Source: Eledone cirrhosa (taxonomy: Eukaryota). Taken from it: a stretch of DNA of 64,000 nt. How positions within the stretch are numbered: position 1 is the stretch's first letter; every line of letters begins with the position of its first letter. The translations under genes and the position numbers were made by a program. This document shows, in pieces, positions 14,044 through 30,596 of this stretch. The notes under the pieces are model-generated. The model made no database searches. It saw only the letters and a program-made list of their open reading frames with translations, and had not been told where the DNA came from. The stretch covers positions 222,704,001-222,768,000 of the forward strand of contig OZ024741.1 of the NCBI GenBank assembly GCA_964016885.1, written 5' to 3'.

Positions 14044-14228
14044 TGTTTCTACTTTAGGCACAAAGCCAGCAATTACCCAGTGCATTACTGGTACTTTATT
14101 TTATCGACCCCGTAAGGATGAAAGGCAAAGTCAACCTCGGCGGAGTTTGAACTCAGATCGTAAAGGGACGTAACTATGCTGGAAAGCATGGCGTCCGACC
14201 CTCTACCGATACTGCCAATCCACCGCCC
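14044..14228 (-). mobile_element. tRNA-derived SINE
   Basis: B-box-like GAGTTCAAA followed by GACTTTGCCTTTCATCCTTACGGGGTCGATAAAATAAAGTACCAGT. About 12 copies in the window. Confidence 0.85.
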
Positions 14229-14244
14229 TGATATATATATGTAT

Positions 14245-14440
14245 AACGAAGGAAATGTGGTAAGGAACCAGGTGGACCATAACGCACCAAAGTACTCAAT
14301 ACTTAGGGTAGTAGAGCGGGTAATAGGAACGAGTAGGACCCCGACGGCTGAGCTCAAGCCGTTTCGACGGCTAATTCTGGACGCAGAATTAGCCGTCGAA
14401 ACGGCTTGAGCTCAGCCGTCGGGGTCCTACTCGTTCCTAT
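14245..14440. mobile_element. PLE-like end ending in a perfect 57-bp-arm palindrome
   Basis: 14323-14440 is a perfect hairpin with loop GACG. Related copies at 39668-39813 and 8980-9045. Confidence 0.7.
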
Positions 14441-14629
14441 ATATATATATATATATATATCCGGGAGCTTCCAACAGTAATGGTTGCATTTTTTAAGGGT
14501 ATGTCAATATTTATTTATAAAACTGATCTATATTATATTTTGTCTGATGAAAGCACACCCTAATTTAACTTGGTGTCCTTGAAATATGTATAATGAACTT
14601 ATAAATATAGTTTCCATTTGTTAATATCG

Positions 14630-14660
<31 letters not shown>

Positions 14661-14719
14661 TTATTAAAATAACATATATATGTATATAGTATATATAAAA
14701 TAACATATATATGTATATA

Positions 14720-14852
<133 letters not shown>

Positions 14853-15499
14853 TATATATACTATATATATATATATACTATATACATATATATGTATGTA
14901 TATACACACATATATGGGAATGGAAATATAGGCACGCAAGTGATGTTGAAAAACTGCGCTTAAAGCATATTTTAGAATCACTGAGATCAATTCGTGTGCG
15001 TGATTCATGCTATATTGTCTAGCAAACATCCATGGCTAAGTTAGCACCACATAGGAAACCCCATGGCAATAAGTAACTACAATAACGTGCAGTACTTGAA
15101 ACAATATCATTTAATTACACGTTAGGAATATGTCATAGCATGCTGCAACTTTCAGAAATACATTTTTTAAATTCTGGCACACGACACTACCATCTGACAA
15201 AATACATGAAGCCGGAAGATCTCCTTACATAAATAACACCGTGTAATATATATTTTGTTCCCTGGTTCTAAGTATCATTTCCTGGTTTGTTATATCCCAT
15301 TATTATTAAAAAAAACACTATTATTTAATCAGAAGTTTGGGTTTGTGGTTAGGAGTTTGATATTTCGAAATGTTCATATTTTTCAAGAAAAAACATTTTT
15401 TTTCAATTTATCAGTTCATATAATTAAATCAACACAGTATATATTTATTTTATTACACAAGCTTATCAAAAGCAAACAAGTAAAAACAAATAACACTTA

Positions 15500-15850
15500 T
15501 AAAGCAACTTATACATGTCAGAAATGACTGGATTTCCTGGATTTGCGGTTGTAGTCCAGGTTGCATTCCCGCACTAGCCCCCAGATATAGTCCCCCATCG
15601 TGTTTTTCATTGTAGTGGACCTGGTACCTCCGCTCTATCTCTTTCACATCTTGGTGGAATCGTTCGCCTTGTTCTTCTGAGTAGGCGCCCATATTGTCCT
15701 TGAATTTTTCCAGGTGAGCGTCCAGCATATGGAGTTTAAGCGACATCCTGCATCCCATGGCGCCAAAAGCCTTTATCAGATCCTGTACCAGTTGCTGGTA
15801 GTTTTCAACTCTGTAGTTGCCCAGGAAGCCCTTAACAACTGCTTTGTTCG
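15500..15850 (-). mobile_element. Chapaev3/CMC-like transposase C-terminal fragment
   Basis: FLGNYRVENYQQLV...MGCRMSLKLHMLDAHLEKFKDNMGAYSEEQGERFHQDVKEIERRYQ. A transposase is clear; the family assignment is from recall. Confidence 0.75.
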
Positions 15851-15929
15851 AAATGCTTTTAATTAAGCATACAGTGTATTGCAAAATACACTATATATAC
15901 ATTCATATATATATCGCTATTTCAGAGCA

Positions 15930-16370
15930 CCAATTCTAATTTTCAATTTCATCTTGAACTTTCCTCGCACTAATTTGTGGTCAGTGCCACATTCTGTACT
16001 AAGCAACACTCGCACTCTACACACATCACTTAGATCTTCTTTACGAGTGATGATGAAATCAATCATGTGTCTTTCGCGTAATTTTTGCATTTTGCTTTAT
16101 TCTTATTCCTTCTCGAGTGAGGTAAAGTAAGCTCTAGGCGCCTGTGTAGACTTATGACTATAAGCTTCCAGCTGGTCAGGTCTGCACATGTTACCATTCG
16201 TCTATCACCGTAGTATTTCAGAAATAGGATAGACGAAGAAAGATGTAAGAGACATCTGTACATCAGTATATGTGGTAAACCCTTGTACAACACGAGTACC
16301 ACTCTCTGAGTATCCGCAACTAGAGTCCAGTGATATGCCGAAGCAAGATGTCTGGGAGTTGCTTCAACCG
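15930..16370 (-). mobile_element. Degraded RTE-type LINE APE endonuclease fragment
   Basis: The minus strand reads HMIDFIITRKEDLSDVCRVRVLLSTECGTDHKLVRGKF (IDY and TDH motifs) at about 16066-15950. The upstream part is much weaker. Confidence 0.75.
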
Positions 16371-16564
16371 CAGGTTTGAAGGAGTTTCCTTCTCACTTAG
16401 TGACACACATACATACCACACACACACACGCTCATGCATGCAAACAACTATATACACGACATTCACTTACACACACTAACACACACACACAACACACACG
16501 CTCATGCATACAAACAAACACATACACGCCATTCACTTACACAAACGCACACAAACGCACACAA

Positions 16565-16676
<112 letters not shown>

Positions 16677-16683
16677 CTGTCAT

Positions 16684-16866
16684 TTGGCAATATCAGTAGA
16701 GGGTCGGACGCCATGCTTTGCAGCAAAGACTTACGGCCCTTTATGGTCTGAGTTCAAATCTCGCCGAGGTTAACTTTTCCTTTCATCCTTACGAGGTCGA
16801 TAAAATAGAGTACCAGTAATACACTGGGATAATTGCTGGCCTTGTGCCAAAAGTAGAAACAATTAT
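16684..16866 (+). mobile_element. tRNA-derived SINE
   Basis: Same family as 14044-14228. Confidence 0.85.
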
Positions 16867-17267
16867 TAATACTATAGATGTGGCAACTGTTGTGTTTTGA
16901 AAGAGTGGGTACAATTGAGGCTGTTAGTGTGTTGCTGTTTATATTTATCGTTTGGTTGTTGTTTTCATAAGCTTTGGTGGTTTTGATTGAATGGTGGTGA
17001 TGGTGGTGGCAGTTGTTGGCTTTTTATCGTTTTGATGCTGCTGTTGTTGTTGTTGTTGTAGATATTGGTGCTGGTGTTCGTTTTGGTGTTGTTGTTGTAG
17101 GTGCTGGAGTTCGTTGACCGTTTTGACTGAGTGGTGGTGATGGCAGTTAATATTGGTTAGCAGTTTACTAGGCCAGTGACTTTAGTCTAAAAATAGATTG
17201 GGGATTGACTCGAAATTAAGAGAAAGAGAACATGCATGCATATATACATACATGCATGCATACATAC

Positions 17268-17916
17268 ATACATACATACATACATACATACATACATACA
17301 TACATACATGGTGGCTGCCAACTCGTTTTCGAGTACGGCCACTACTTTATATCCATGTAGGAGAACCCCTACCGATGCACTGAACGAGTGTGACTTTTTA
17401 GTCCAGCCAGCGACTTGAAAACTCTGGTACAAACACTACACTTGTGACAATTATTGACACATAGTGCTGGGCGCATGGTACCATGTGACGACAAGTGCAG
17501 AGAGATCTCCAGATATAAAGCAATGCCTGTGCCATGAAGCTTTTATAGTTAGCAAAGGCACTGCACAAAACCAGTCCCACTCTCTTAACCAAGATGATAT
17601 TTACCAAAAAGAAGAACAAGTCAACATCATTGGATACCACCAGGGTTGCAGGTGTTATATCAGAGTTTTCCTTCTCCTAGAATTCTGCCTTGACAAAGGC
17701 TAAGGGGTCATCTCTCCCGGTGATTTTGGATGGCCATTGACTCTTAAGAGCTCCTTTGCCCTTTGACAGGTTTTGTTTTTAGTCCTGCAGGATGTCCAAA
17801 GTCACCCTCCTCACCAAGAAACCTTGGTGGGGTTGCCAGTTTAGTCGCCAACGACCCGACCATGGGACAGGTTGTACTGGAATACATGTTACCAGTAGCA
17901 CCAACTGGTGACCTGA
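17268..17916 (-). mobile_element. Longest (~650-bp) copy of the (ATAC)n-flanked retroposon, RTE-like
   Basis: The minus strand has CTAGGAGAAGGAAAACTCTGA (RTE 5'UTR-like) and a (TATG)n tail, with (ATAC)n at both ends. Confidence 0.75.
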
Positions 17917-17996
17917 CATACATACATACATACATACATACATACATACATACATACATACATACATACATACATACATACATACATACATACACA

Positions 17997-18712
17997 CTTT
18001 TAGGCTACGGCCAGCCACGCGAACCTGTAACAGATCCTGAACAAGCAATACCTGTGCTTTGAAGGTTTTTTAAGTGGGAAAAGGCCTTGCACTCGACCAA
18101 TCCTACTCTCTGAGTATCGAAAACACTACCCGAAAAGGAGAACTGGTCAACATCATCGGATGTTTCCAAAGCCACAGGTTGTTTTTTCAGAGTTTCCCTC
18201 TCTTAGAAAGGTGTTGTGACAACTGGGGGCCTTTCACTCCCAGGTGAAAAAAAAAAAAAGTACTATTTGGATGGCCGTTGACTCTGCTGAGTTCCACCGC
18301 CCTTTGCCATGTCTTGTATTTCATCCTACAGGGTGTCCAAATATCACCCTCCTCACATACATACATAAATACATACATACATACATACACATACCTATAT
18401 ACACACACATACATACATGATGGCTGCCCCCTCGTTATCGAGTATGGCCATTGCACGATATAACATTATTAATAATTATCAAGCAATACTTTCGTACAAT
18501 ACCTGTGTGTGAAGATTTTTGTAAAGTGAGGAAAGACTGTGCACTGAGCCAATTCCACTCTCTGAGCGACAGTAGCTATAACCCGAAAAGAAGAAAAGAT
18601 CAACACCATCGGTAACTACTGAGCCGCAGGTTTTATGTCGGAGTTATCCCAGTTTCCTGAGTTGCCTTCTAGAAGAATGCCCTGACAAAGGCTAGGGGTC
18701 CTTCACTCCTAG
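17997..18712 (-). mobile_element. Two diverged relatives of the same retroposon family
   Basis: Share the CCTGTG..GAAG, CAACATCATCGG and GACAAAGGCTAGGGGTC motifs, and are separated by (ATAC)-like repeats. Confidence 0.6.
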
Positions 18713-18832
18713 AGGTTTAACCGCGCGATCGTGTATCCAGCCCGATTATTTCTATTTCCACGCGCATATATACACATGCGTATATATGTATATACATATA
18801 TACATATACACATATGTATATACATATTTACA

Positions 18833-19390
18833 CGGGTCACTCTTGAGTGCTACTGGTAACATGTAACCCAGTACTACTTCTCACATGGTCAGGTCGTTGG
18901 CGACTAAACCATCAACCCCACCAAGTTTACTTGGTGGGGAGGGTGATTTTGGTCACCCTGCAGGACAAAAAACAAAACCTGACAAAGGGCGGAAGAACTC
19001 ATGAGAGTCAGTTTTCCTAGGAGAAGGAAAACTCTGATATAACACCTGCAACCCTAATGGTATCCAATGATGTTGACTTGTTCTTCTTTTTGGTAAATAT
19101 CATCTTGGTTAAGAGAGTAGGACTGGCTTTGTGCAGTGCCTTTGCTCACTATAACAGCTTCACGGCACAGGCATTGCTTTATATCTGGAGATCTCTCTGC
19201 ACTTGACGTCACATGGTACCATGGGCCGAGCACTATGTGTCAATAATTGTCGCAGGTGTAGTGTTTGTACCAGAGTTTTCAAGTTGCTAACTGGACTAAA
19301 AAGTCACACTCGTTCAGCGCATCGGTAGGAGTTCTCCTACATGGATATAAGGTAGTGGCCGTACTCGAAAACGAGTTGGCAGCCACCATG
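18833..19390 (+). mobile_element. Inverted copy of the retroposon with an internal deletion
   Basis: Reverse complement of 17268-17916, with the tail (TATG)n at 19390. Confidence 0.8.
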
Positions 19391-19567
19391 TATGTATGTA
19401 TGTATGTATGCATACATGCATGCATGCATACATATATACATACTCATAAGAGTATGTATGTATGCATGCATGCATGCATGCATGCATACATACATACATA
19501 CATACATACATACATACATACATACATACATACATACATACATACATACATACATACATACATACAT

Positions 19568-19732
19568 AAAGTTGTGCATGGATACTTGAGAGGTAAAACA
19601 CAGACCATAGAGGGGATAAACCACTCACAAAGCCTGGCATGGAGTTCCGACAAGTTTATGACATCACACCTTGAAGGATATCTCTATGCAATACAGGAAC
19701 AAGAACTCCCTACCAAATATCTGCTGCACAAA
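19568..19732 (+). mobile_element. Second R4/Dong-like RLE LINE fragment, fused to a retroposon piece (19755-19870)
   Basis: KVVHGYL...SLAWSSDKFMTSHLEGYLYAIQEQELPTKY matches the EG...AxQEQ block that precedes the CCHC knuckle. Confidence 0.75.
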
Positions 19733-20334
19733 GGGGGGGGGGACCATCAGCTAACAATATTTACCAAAAGGAAGAACAAGTCAACATCATTGGGTACCAT
19801 CAGCGTTGCAGGTGTTATATCAGAGTTTTCCTTCTCCTAGAATTCTGCCTTGACAAAGGCTAAGGGGTCATACATACATACATACATACATACATACATA
19901 CATACATACATACATACATACATACATACATACATACATACATACATACATACATGAAATGAACAACAAATGAAATTCATTCGTTGAATGTCTCAATTCA
20001 GTGAAGAAATCTTATAAATGTAAATCTAAACATTAACAGTCGCTTTTCTGTTCTAGCGAAGCTATTTCTGATATAAACAATATTGTTATATTTCGTAAAG
20101 GTGGGGTGACAGCGAGAAGGAGGGGATGATTCAAAGAAATAATCACGGAATGGAATCAACACTTGAAGATCAAGAAAAAGTCAGCTTCATTTTTTTAAAA
20201 CAAAACAAACGTATTTAAGCCGTAAATGTGTTCTATATTCATAAAGGCATCGGATTAAAGACACTAACGTATGTGGTGTGAAGACGGATTAGCTGCTGGT
20301 TCTAGCAACCAGATCGAGGTAACGTTGAAGGTGG

Positions 20335-20620
20335 CGGCAACGGTGGTGGCGGTGGAGGTGGTGGTGGTGATGATGGTGGAGGTGGTGGTGGTGGTGGTGG
20401 TAATGATGATAATGTCAGTGGTAATGTGTCAGAGTTTGTGGTGTCAATGAAAGTGTTACTGGTGGTGGTGGTGGTGGTGGTGGTGGTGTTGGTGGTGATA
20501 ATGTCAGTGGTAACGTGTCAGAGTTTGTGGTGTCAATGAAAGTGTTACTGGTGGTGGTGGTGGTTATTTTAGTGGTGGAAGGTGGTGGTGGTGGCATGTC
20601 AGTGGTAGTAGTGGTGACTG
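20335..20620. repeat. (GGT)n-rich tract with a ~89-bp duplication
   Basis: GATAATGTCAGTGGTAA..TGTCAGAGTTTGTGGTGTCAATGAAAGTGTTACTGG occurs at 20408 and 20497. Confidence 0.85.
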
Positions 20621-20736
20621 TGGTATTTTTAACATCGATTTTCTAGTTCGATACAATAGATATAATTGGCAATAATTAAGAGGTGGTTGTTTTTGTGTTG
20701 TTAACAGAACTGTCTGGAACACTGACGTACTCACCT

Positions 20737-20787
<51 letters not shown>

Positions 20788-20945
20788 CTCACCCCAGTAC
20801 TAGACTCTCTCTTTCTCTCTCTTCTTCTCTCTTCTTCTCTCTTCTTCTCTCTTCTTCTCTCTCCTCTCTCTACACTATCTACATATCTTTCTCAGCCCTT
20901 CAGCTTCTTCCTCTCAATACAAGCACAAATATGTCATCGGTGTAT

Positions 20946-21036
<91 letters not shown>

Positions 21037-21483
21037 GGAAAAAATGAAACGAAATTTCATTTCCCACTCTTAGTACGGCTGTTACTTAAATATAAGTATG
21101 TACACGTACATACATATATGTATACAGACGTACAGTAGTATGTATATATATATACATACATGCACACATATATATATATGTACGTATGGATTCACCGAAC
21201 ATTTATTATAATGCTCGGTGTGTTTGTAAACAAACATCCCGTATTAAGCCGTAGTGTCTAGCAACCATCGTTGCTCATTTGTTCAACACTGACAAAGGAA
21301 CGCTGTACTAGTTTCAAGCGTATTAGCTATAGTCAGCAGCGTATACCTTCCTGCCAGATGATTGAACGTCTGAAAGTATATACCTTCCTTATGCATATTA
21401 ACGGGTGAGCAGCCTAATTTGCATATCGAGTGGGTTAATCGGCCGAGTGCACCGAAAACGATAAACGGAAAAAATGAAACGAA

Positions 21484-21524
<41 letters not shown>

Positions 21525-21526
21525 TC

Positions 21527-21690
21527 GTGAGTTGTGAGTTCGATTACGATGTGTTATGTCCTTGGGCAAGACACTTTATTTCACGTTGCTCCTTCTACCT
21601 GGAGTTGCGACCGATAGATAGTACTAGCAATTGGAAAGACCAATGGAAACATTGTTTACTCGGTCCGATTTGACGAAAGTCGATTGACTG
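21527..21690 (+). mobile_element. Fragment of a second SINE family
   Basis: GAGTTCGATT followed by TGTCCTTGGGCAAGACACTTTATTTCAC. Confidence 0.55.
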
Positions 21691-21799
21691 TCGATATGTA
21701 TATATATATATATATATATATGGAGGGGGGGGGTACTTTTTATTTTTTCATTTTTCATTTTTTTTTTTTAATTTCCTTCCCTTACTACTTCTCGGTGTT

Positions 21800-22600
21800 T
21801 CTGGTCTTCTCCTATCCGAACTTTCCTGATGAAGGACTTCTGTTCGAAACGTTAAAACCTCCTCCACTCCACCGGTGGAGGGCTTTTGTGTTTGCCGGTG
21901 ATATCGGTTTTTACATTGCTGTGCAAACAAAAAAGCCCTCCACCGTACGGATGCTAATGTAAAAGGCCTGATACATGTCCACTAGACCAACAGTGCAACA
22001 CTCCGGCAGTGATATACCAAGCAGAGGTTACATCCACCAACCAGAACCACCAAACTGAAGCCTGGACCTATGTTGGTATGTCCGAGAGCCAGTTTAAAAA
22101 CCGGTTCTGGAATTACGAAACAACATTCAAATATCCTGATAAAAAACATACCACCCTGCGCGCAAACCACGTATGTGACCTTAAGAACAATGGCATGCTG
22201 TTTTCTATCAAATGGCGTATTTTGGAAAGATCTACCGCCTGCGTAAATGGGTCGAAATTTTGTTGGCTTTGTAATTCCGAAAAATGGTGGATACCCTCAC
22301 AATTGGCTTCGGGTAAGCAGTGCCTCAACACACGACTCGATTGCTTTGGCGGTTGTCCCCATGTGAAGAAATATATTTTGGATAAATGGCTTAGGCCTGA
22401 CTAACAGGTCCAGAAGTATCTTTCGAGTTACTGACTATATTGTATTTCAGTGAAATGTGATCCCTGGCGTCAACTAGAAAAATTGATTGTGCTTCTATTT
22501 CCATTCTGAATTGACTGTGGCCTCTCAAGAGTTACCTCCCTTATACCTTATCCTATTTTTTAAAATAACCCCTTTTTTCTATACTTTTTCTAAATTACCT
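21800..22600 (+). mobile_element. Penelope-like element 3' fragment (GIY-YIG endonuclease)
   Basis: CPLDQQC..VIYQAEV...YVGMSESQFKNRF...IKWRILE...CWLCNSEK...LNTR..CPH. Hammerhead-like CTGATGAAGGAC..GTTCGAAAC at 21826. Confidence 0.88.
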
Positions 22601-22768
22601 GCCCCTGTATATATATATATATGTATATATGTATATATATATGTATATATATATACATATTCATATGTATATATATATATATGTATATATATATATACAT
22701 ATATACAGTTTCAGAAGATCCCGTTAAGGGTGAGAGTAGCGATTCTTTGCTTAAACTTTAATCTGTTA

Positions 22769-22814
<46 letters not shown>

Positions 22815-22819
<5 letters not shown>

Positions 22820-23069
22820 CAACCCTACTAGCATCTACAAACTTACCAATGAGAATTAAGACTATTCTTGCTGACAACATTAAATTATTCCTAACAAGCT
22901 CATATGTCCCAAGGCTCTGATACCATCAACACCATAAACACAGAGCTGGCATATCTAAGAACTGACTAACTGCCAGATGAGGTCATAGCCATTCAATGGC
23001 TATCATCGAAATATATATAGCAGTAAATAAAGGATTATGAGTTCATGCAATTGACTTATGTTTCGTCAC

Positions 23070-23075
<6 letters not shown>
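22815..23075 (+). mobile_element. PLE-like end, family of 42820-43151
   Basis: CAGATGAGGTCATAGCCATTCAATGGCTATCATCGAAATATATATAGCAG. Confidence 0.55.
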
Positions 23076-23101
<26 letters not shown>

Positions 23102-23110
23102 CATATATAC

Positions 23111-23230
<120 letters not shown>

Positions 23231-23249
23231 CATATATATATATATATAT

Positions 23250-23313
<64 letters not shown>

Positions 23314-23316
<3 letters not shown>

Positions 23317-23362
23317 CTCTGACGAATCCTACGGTTACGTAAGGAAGAAACATTGTAAGCTA
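23314..23362 (+). ncRNA. Minimal hammerhead ribozyme-like motif
   Basis: TAGCT-CTGACGA-A-TCCTACG(GTTA)CGTAAGGA-A-GAAAC-ATT-GTA-AGCTA, followed by AATAAA. Stem I is 5 bp; there is an A.A mismatch at the base of stem II. Confidence 0.6.
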
Positions 23363-23410
23363 ATAAAAATCTTTTGATGTTGTAGACGCTCTTGTGTTCT
23401 TTATCATATA

Positions 23411-23443
<33 letters not shown>

Positions 23444-23449
23444 TATATA

Positions 23450-23577
<128 letters not shown>

Positions 23578-24196
23578 GTTTTGCGAGGTTTTTCCAAAGC
23601 TAAACAGAAAGAATGAGTGGAACAACAACAACACCCAAACAAACAACACTGACCTAAGAGAAGTATAAATAAATAAGTAAATTAAATAAAATAAATAAAA
23701 TAAGATAAATAAATACATACACAAGCACATAAACACACACTAGTCACCCAGCAGACACAACACTATACACACTAGTCACACATCACACATAACACTATAC
23801 ACACACGCAAACGCATGCGCAAAGAAGACAAAATAAAATAAGATAAACAAACAAGCAAATAAATAAATAAATATATAGACAGACTGAACAAAAAAAAAAT
23901 GGCGTAGACATACAACACAACAGGAGGAACAATGAATATAACACCACTGACGATGTTGCAGATGTGCAACGAAAGATTTATGTAAATTATGTAAACTATA
24001 TATATATGTGTTTGTCTATATTGTATCTGTATTATTTTTGACCGCCGGTCAGTCAATGGCAACATTGAGGACCGAGTAAGTTAGATCGCAGATATATATA
24101 TATAAAAGACAGCGAGAAGCGAAAACCAACCAAACAGTGAGTGTGTTCTGTCATTAATTCTGGCAATATTACGCAAATATGACCCTCCCCAAATAT

Positions 24197-24435
<239 letters not shown>

Positions 24436-24447
24436 ATATATATATAT

Positions 24448-24595
<148 letters not shown>

Positions 24596-24596
24596 A

Positions 24597-24648
<52 letters not shown>

Positions 24649-24649
24649 C

Positions 24650-24686
<37 letters not shown>

Positions 24687-24994
24687 CATATATATATTCA
24701 TAGAATAATGAGAGAAACTCAACGCAAGAAAAGCTGTTAAAACAGTAATATGCCGCCAATGCCGGTATCAGGTAAAATTTACCTCAAAGGACAGTATTCA
24801 GCAGCTAGAAGTGTGTTGGCCCACAGAAGTGATAAGAAGAGGGGGGAGGCACAGGAAGAAAATGAACGAGACAAGATCACACAAACATCATCTAGCTACA
24901 TAAAGTTGCCGGTTCGTCCAACATAAAATAAATATCTCAACTGGTATGATGTATGCGTGGTAAAACGAACAAACTAGATAGACAGATAGATAAC

Positions 24995-25275
24995 TCGATA
25001 TATCTAAGCTCTTTCGTCACATATTCTGTGACCTCCTTAGTGACTACTTTTGTTGTTATTTTGTTCTCTCCTTTGTTCTGTCCTATATCATCTCCTTTTT
25101 AAAATATAAATAAACACACACACAAACCCAAATATAACGCATGCGGAGCCCAAGTACATAGCTCTCAAAACAATATAGTGCATGACAGAACAAAGGAGAG
25201 ACACAAAATAACAAAATAACAACAAAAGTAGTCACTGGGGAGGTGACACAATGTGACGAAAGAGCTTTGATAACA
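24995..25275. mobile_element. Fold-back unit with degenerate hammerhead-like arms
   Basis: AGCTCTTTCGTCAC...GTGACTACTTTTGTTG is mirrored at 25185-25267. A relative lies at 37458. Confidence 0.6.
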
Positions 25276-25416
25276 ACTAAACAACCATCTGGTTATTAAA
25301 CTAACCGACTAAGAAATTATAATAATATATTGAAGTGAAATTTAACAGGTGTGTGTGTTTTTATTGATAGCATAACCCTCCCAAAGTATAGTAATATATA
25401 TATATATGTCGGATCG

Positions 25417-25506
25417 CCAATCTGAAGAGCAGATCGATAATTGAGTCGGGTTCATAAATTATATGGGTGGTCCTGAACCAATACTCTGCGAAACGCGTGT
25501 AACAGG
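25417..25506 (+). ncRNA. Hammerhead-like motif with an extended stem II
   Basis: CTGAAGA-GCAGA...TCTGC-GAAAC-GCGT-GTA, with a palindromic stem III. Stem I is poor. Confidence 0.45.
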
Positions 25507-25616
25507 TCGATGCACAATAAAAAAACTAAATACATGTAAACAAAACTCCTTCGATTTTGTTAATATATACACTCTGCCTGTGCAGCGAGTGCTTTTTGGG
25601 GGCACCACCATCAGTA

Positions 25617-25698
<82 letters not shown>

Positions 25699-25915
25699 AA
25701 ATTCGTTTTCAAATATAAAAACAGGAAAGGTGTAGTTAAAAAAGTTTTTTAGAATGTAAACAAAACATTCTACGGATTATTGTGCGTTTTAAAAGATGAA
25801 CTTGTGGCATTTATTTATATATTGGTTAATTCCCATGAGTCCCACGAGGGTGAAACAATTGTAAATTAAATTATGATATAAATAATAAGGTTTGGTAACA
25901 CATTTTAATTGATAA

Positions 25916-25961
<46 letters not shown>

Positions 25962-26120
25962 TATATATATATATATGTGTGTGTGTGTAGATAAATCTAC
26001 CAAAATATACGGTAGTGTCCAATCCGTATGAAGAACTCAATGTAATCCCAATATAGAAGATATCATAAAAAGAGAAGATGCGTTCAAAAGTTTACGATAA
26101 AGGTCATAGGAAAACAGAGT

Positions 26121-28630
<2,510 letters not shown>

Positions 28631-28639
28631 GTGTGTGTG

Positions 28640-29345
28640 TGTGTAAAAGGTAAACAGAAATAACACAATCGGTAGAGTCTATGGAAGGAATATATCAGGT
28701 TAACGCTTGAAATAGCAGGAAGAGAGTCTTAACGTTTCGGTCGCTAATCCTTCATCAGAAATAAGAATGAGAAATATGATAGATTGAAGGGACGGACGGG
28801 GTGTAATTGGAAAAAATGTCTTTAGATAAAAATAACTGGTCCAACCCACCCATTACTGCTTTTAAGCGCGCCCGCAACCTCCGCAACATCCGGGTACGCA
28901 GTTCCTTCTCGTCCTCTCCCACGACTCCACCCGGCTCTCATCCTTGTTCTCGTCCCCGTTGCAACATTTGTCCCTTCATTTCCACCCTCACCCCTCTCAC
29001 AGGCCCTAACGGGTCTTTCTGTATCCGCCACTCTTTCACCTACACATCCACCCACGTTGTATATGCCCTCCGGTGTTCCCTTTTCGGGGTTTTTTACATC
29101 GGACAAACGGGACGCCTTATGGCGACCGTTTTGCTGTTATTTTTCGTCTACCTTCAACATGCCCAATATTTTCCAATTCCAACCCGCCCATCCCCTCAAT
29201 CTATCTTATTTCTCATTCTTTCTTCTGATGAAGGACTAGCGTCCGCAACGTTAAGACCTTCTTCCTGCTATTTCAAGCGTTAATCTAATATATTCCTTTC
29301 ATATACTGTACCGATTGTGTTGTTATTTATGCTTACCTTTTACAT
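28640..29345 (+). mobile_element. Neptune-type PLE fragment with inverted pLTR ends
   Basis: AFKRARNLRNIRVRS..PCSRPRCNICPFI..HVVYALRCS..FYIGQTGR. 28640-28820 is inverted at 29165-29345, and both carry CTGATGAAGG. Confidence 0.85.
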
Positions 29346-29356
29346 ATATATATATA

Positions 29357-29883
29357 CTAGCAGTAAAGCCCGACGTTGCTCGGGGTCGCTCAGTAGCTGC
29401 GTTAAAGTTACAATGTTAAGTTTCTTTTTTGGCTTAAAAACTGTAGTGTCTACTGTGCAGACTTGCATGTGGTTTTTTTTTATTAATATTCCCTCAACCA
29501 ACAATATGCCTTATGAAGTTAAGAAAACATAACGATAACCCGAATGTTATAACAAAAGAGGATGTTGGGGATAAAAACTGCACTGGTTATTTATTAACAA
29601 AGATCGAAAATGTAAACACTGCAACGCAGAGAAAAACAACGTAAGACGCTCAATGTAAACAGAACAAAGGGAAATAACTGATAACTTACGCTCAAAAATC
29701 GATACATTATATTCGATTTCGTCACATAGGGTGGGTCAATTTGAAATATTTTTTTCCGATGTCTTCGCTAGGGCTCAATGTACAAGTATAGCAATTTCGG
29801 TGCAATTCCGTGAGAGATTCTAAGAGGAGATGTGTGCCAAAAATCGATAGACAGACAGACAACCACAGTTTTATATATATAGA
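29357..29883 (-). mobile_element. Non-autonomous Helitron
   Basis: The minus strand starts TCTATATATATAAAAC and ends CCCGAGCAACGTCGGG..CTAG|T. Termini match 13156-13941. Confidence 0.85.
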
Positions 29884-30068
29884 TTAGAAATTAGAAAATA
29901 TAAGCTTTCACCGTATTTTAGACTAAAGAAATTTCTAGCCTGATGAATGTTGCCGTACATGGCAACACTCATCTTTTCCATTTCTCCGAGGGTTATAAAC
30001 CCCACTATCAGGCTAGAAATTTCTTTAGTCTAAAATACGGTGAAAGCTTATATTTTCTAATTTCTAAT
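29883..30068. repeat. Fold-back unit with ~62-bp arms
   Basis: ATTAGAAATTAGAAAATATAAGC...TAGCCTGAT is mirrored at 30007-30068. Confidence 0.85.
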
Positions 30069-30125
30069 TTCAAACTCGCGCACCGTTTCAAAAACATACT
30101 TACATGTTTACGTTTAGAATTTACT

Positions 30126-30487
<362 letters not shown>

Positions 30488-30596
30488 ATCTACTCCAAAT
30501 ACTTGTCGAGTGCTTTATATCAGTTATAAAAATATTTACTTGTTGTATCCCAACAATTTAAATAGAACTTTTGCATATATATATATATATATATAT

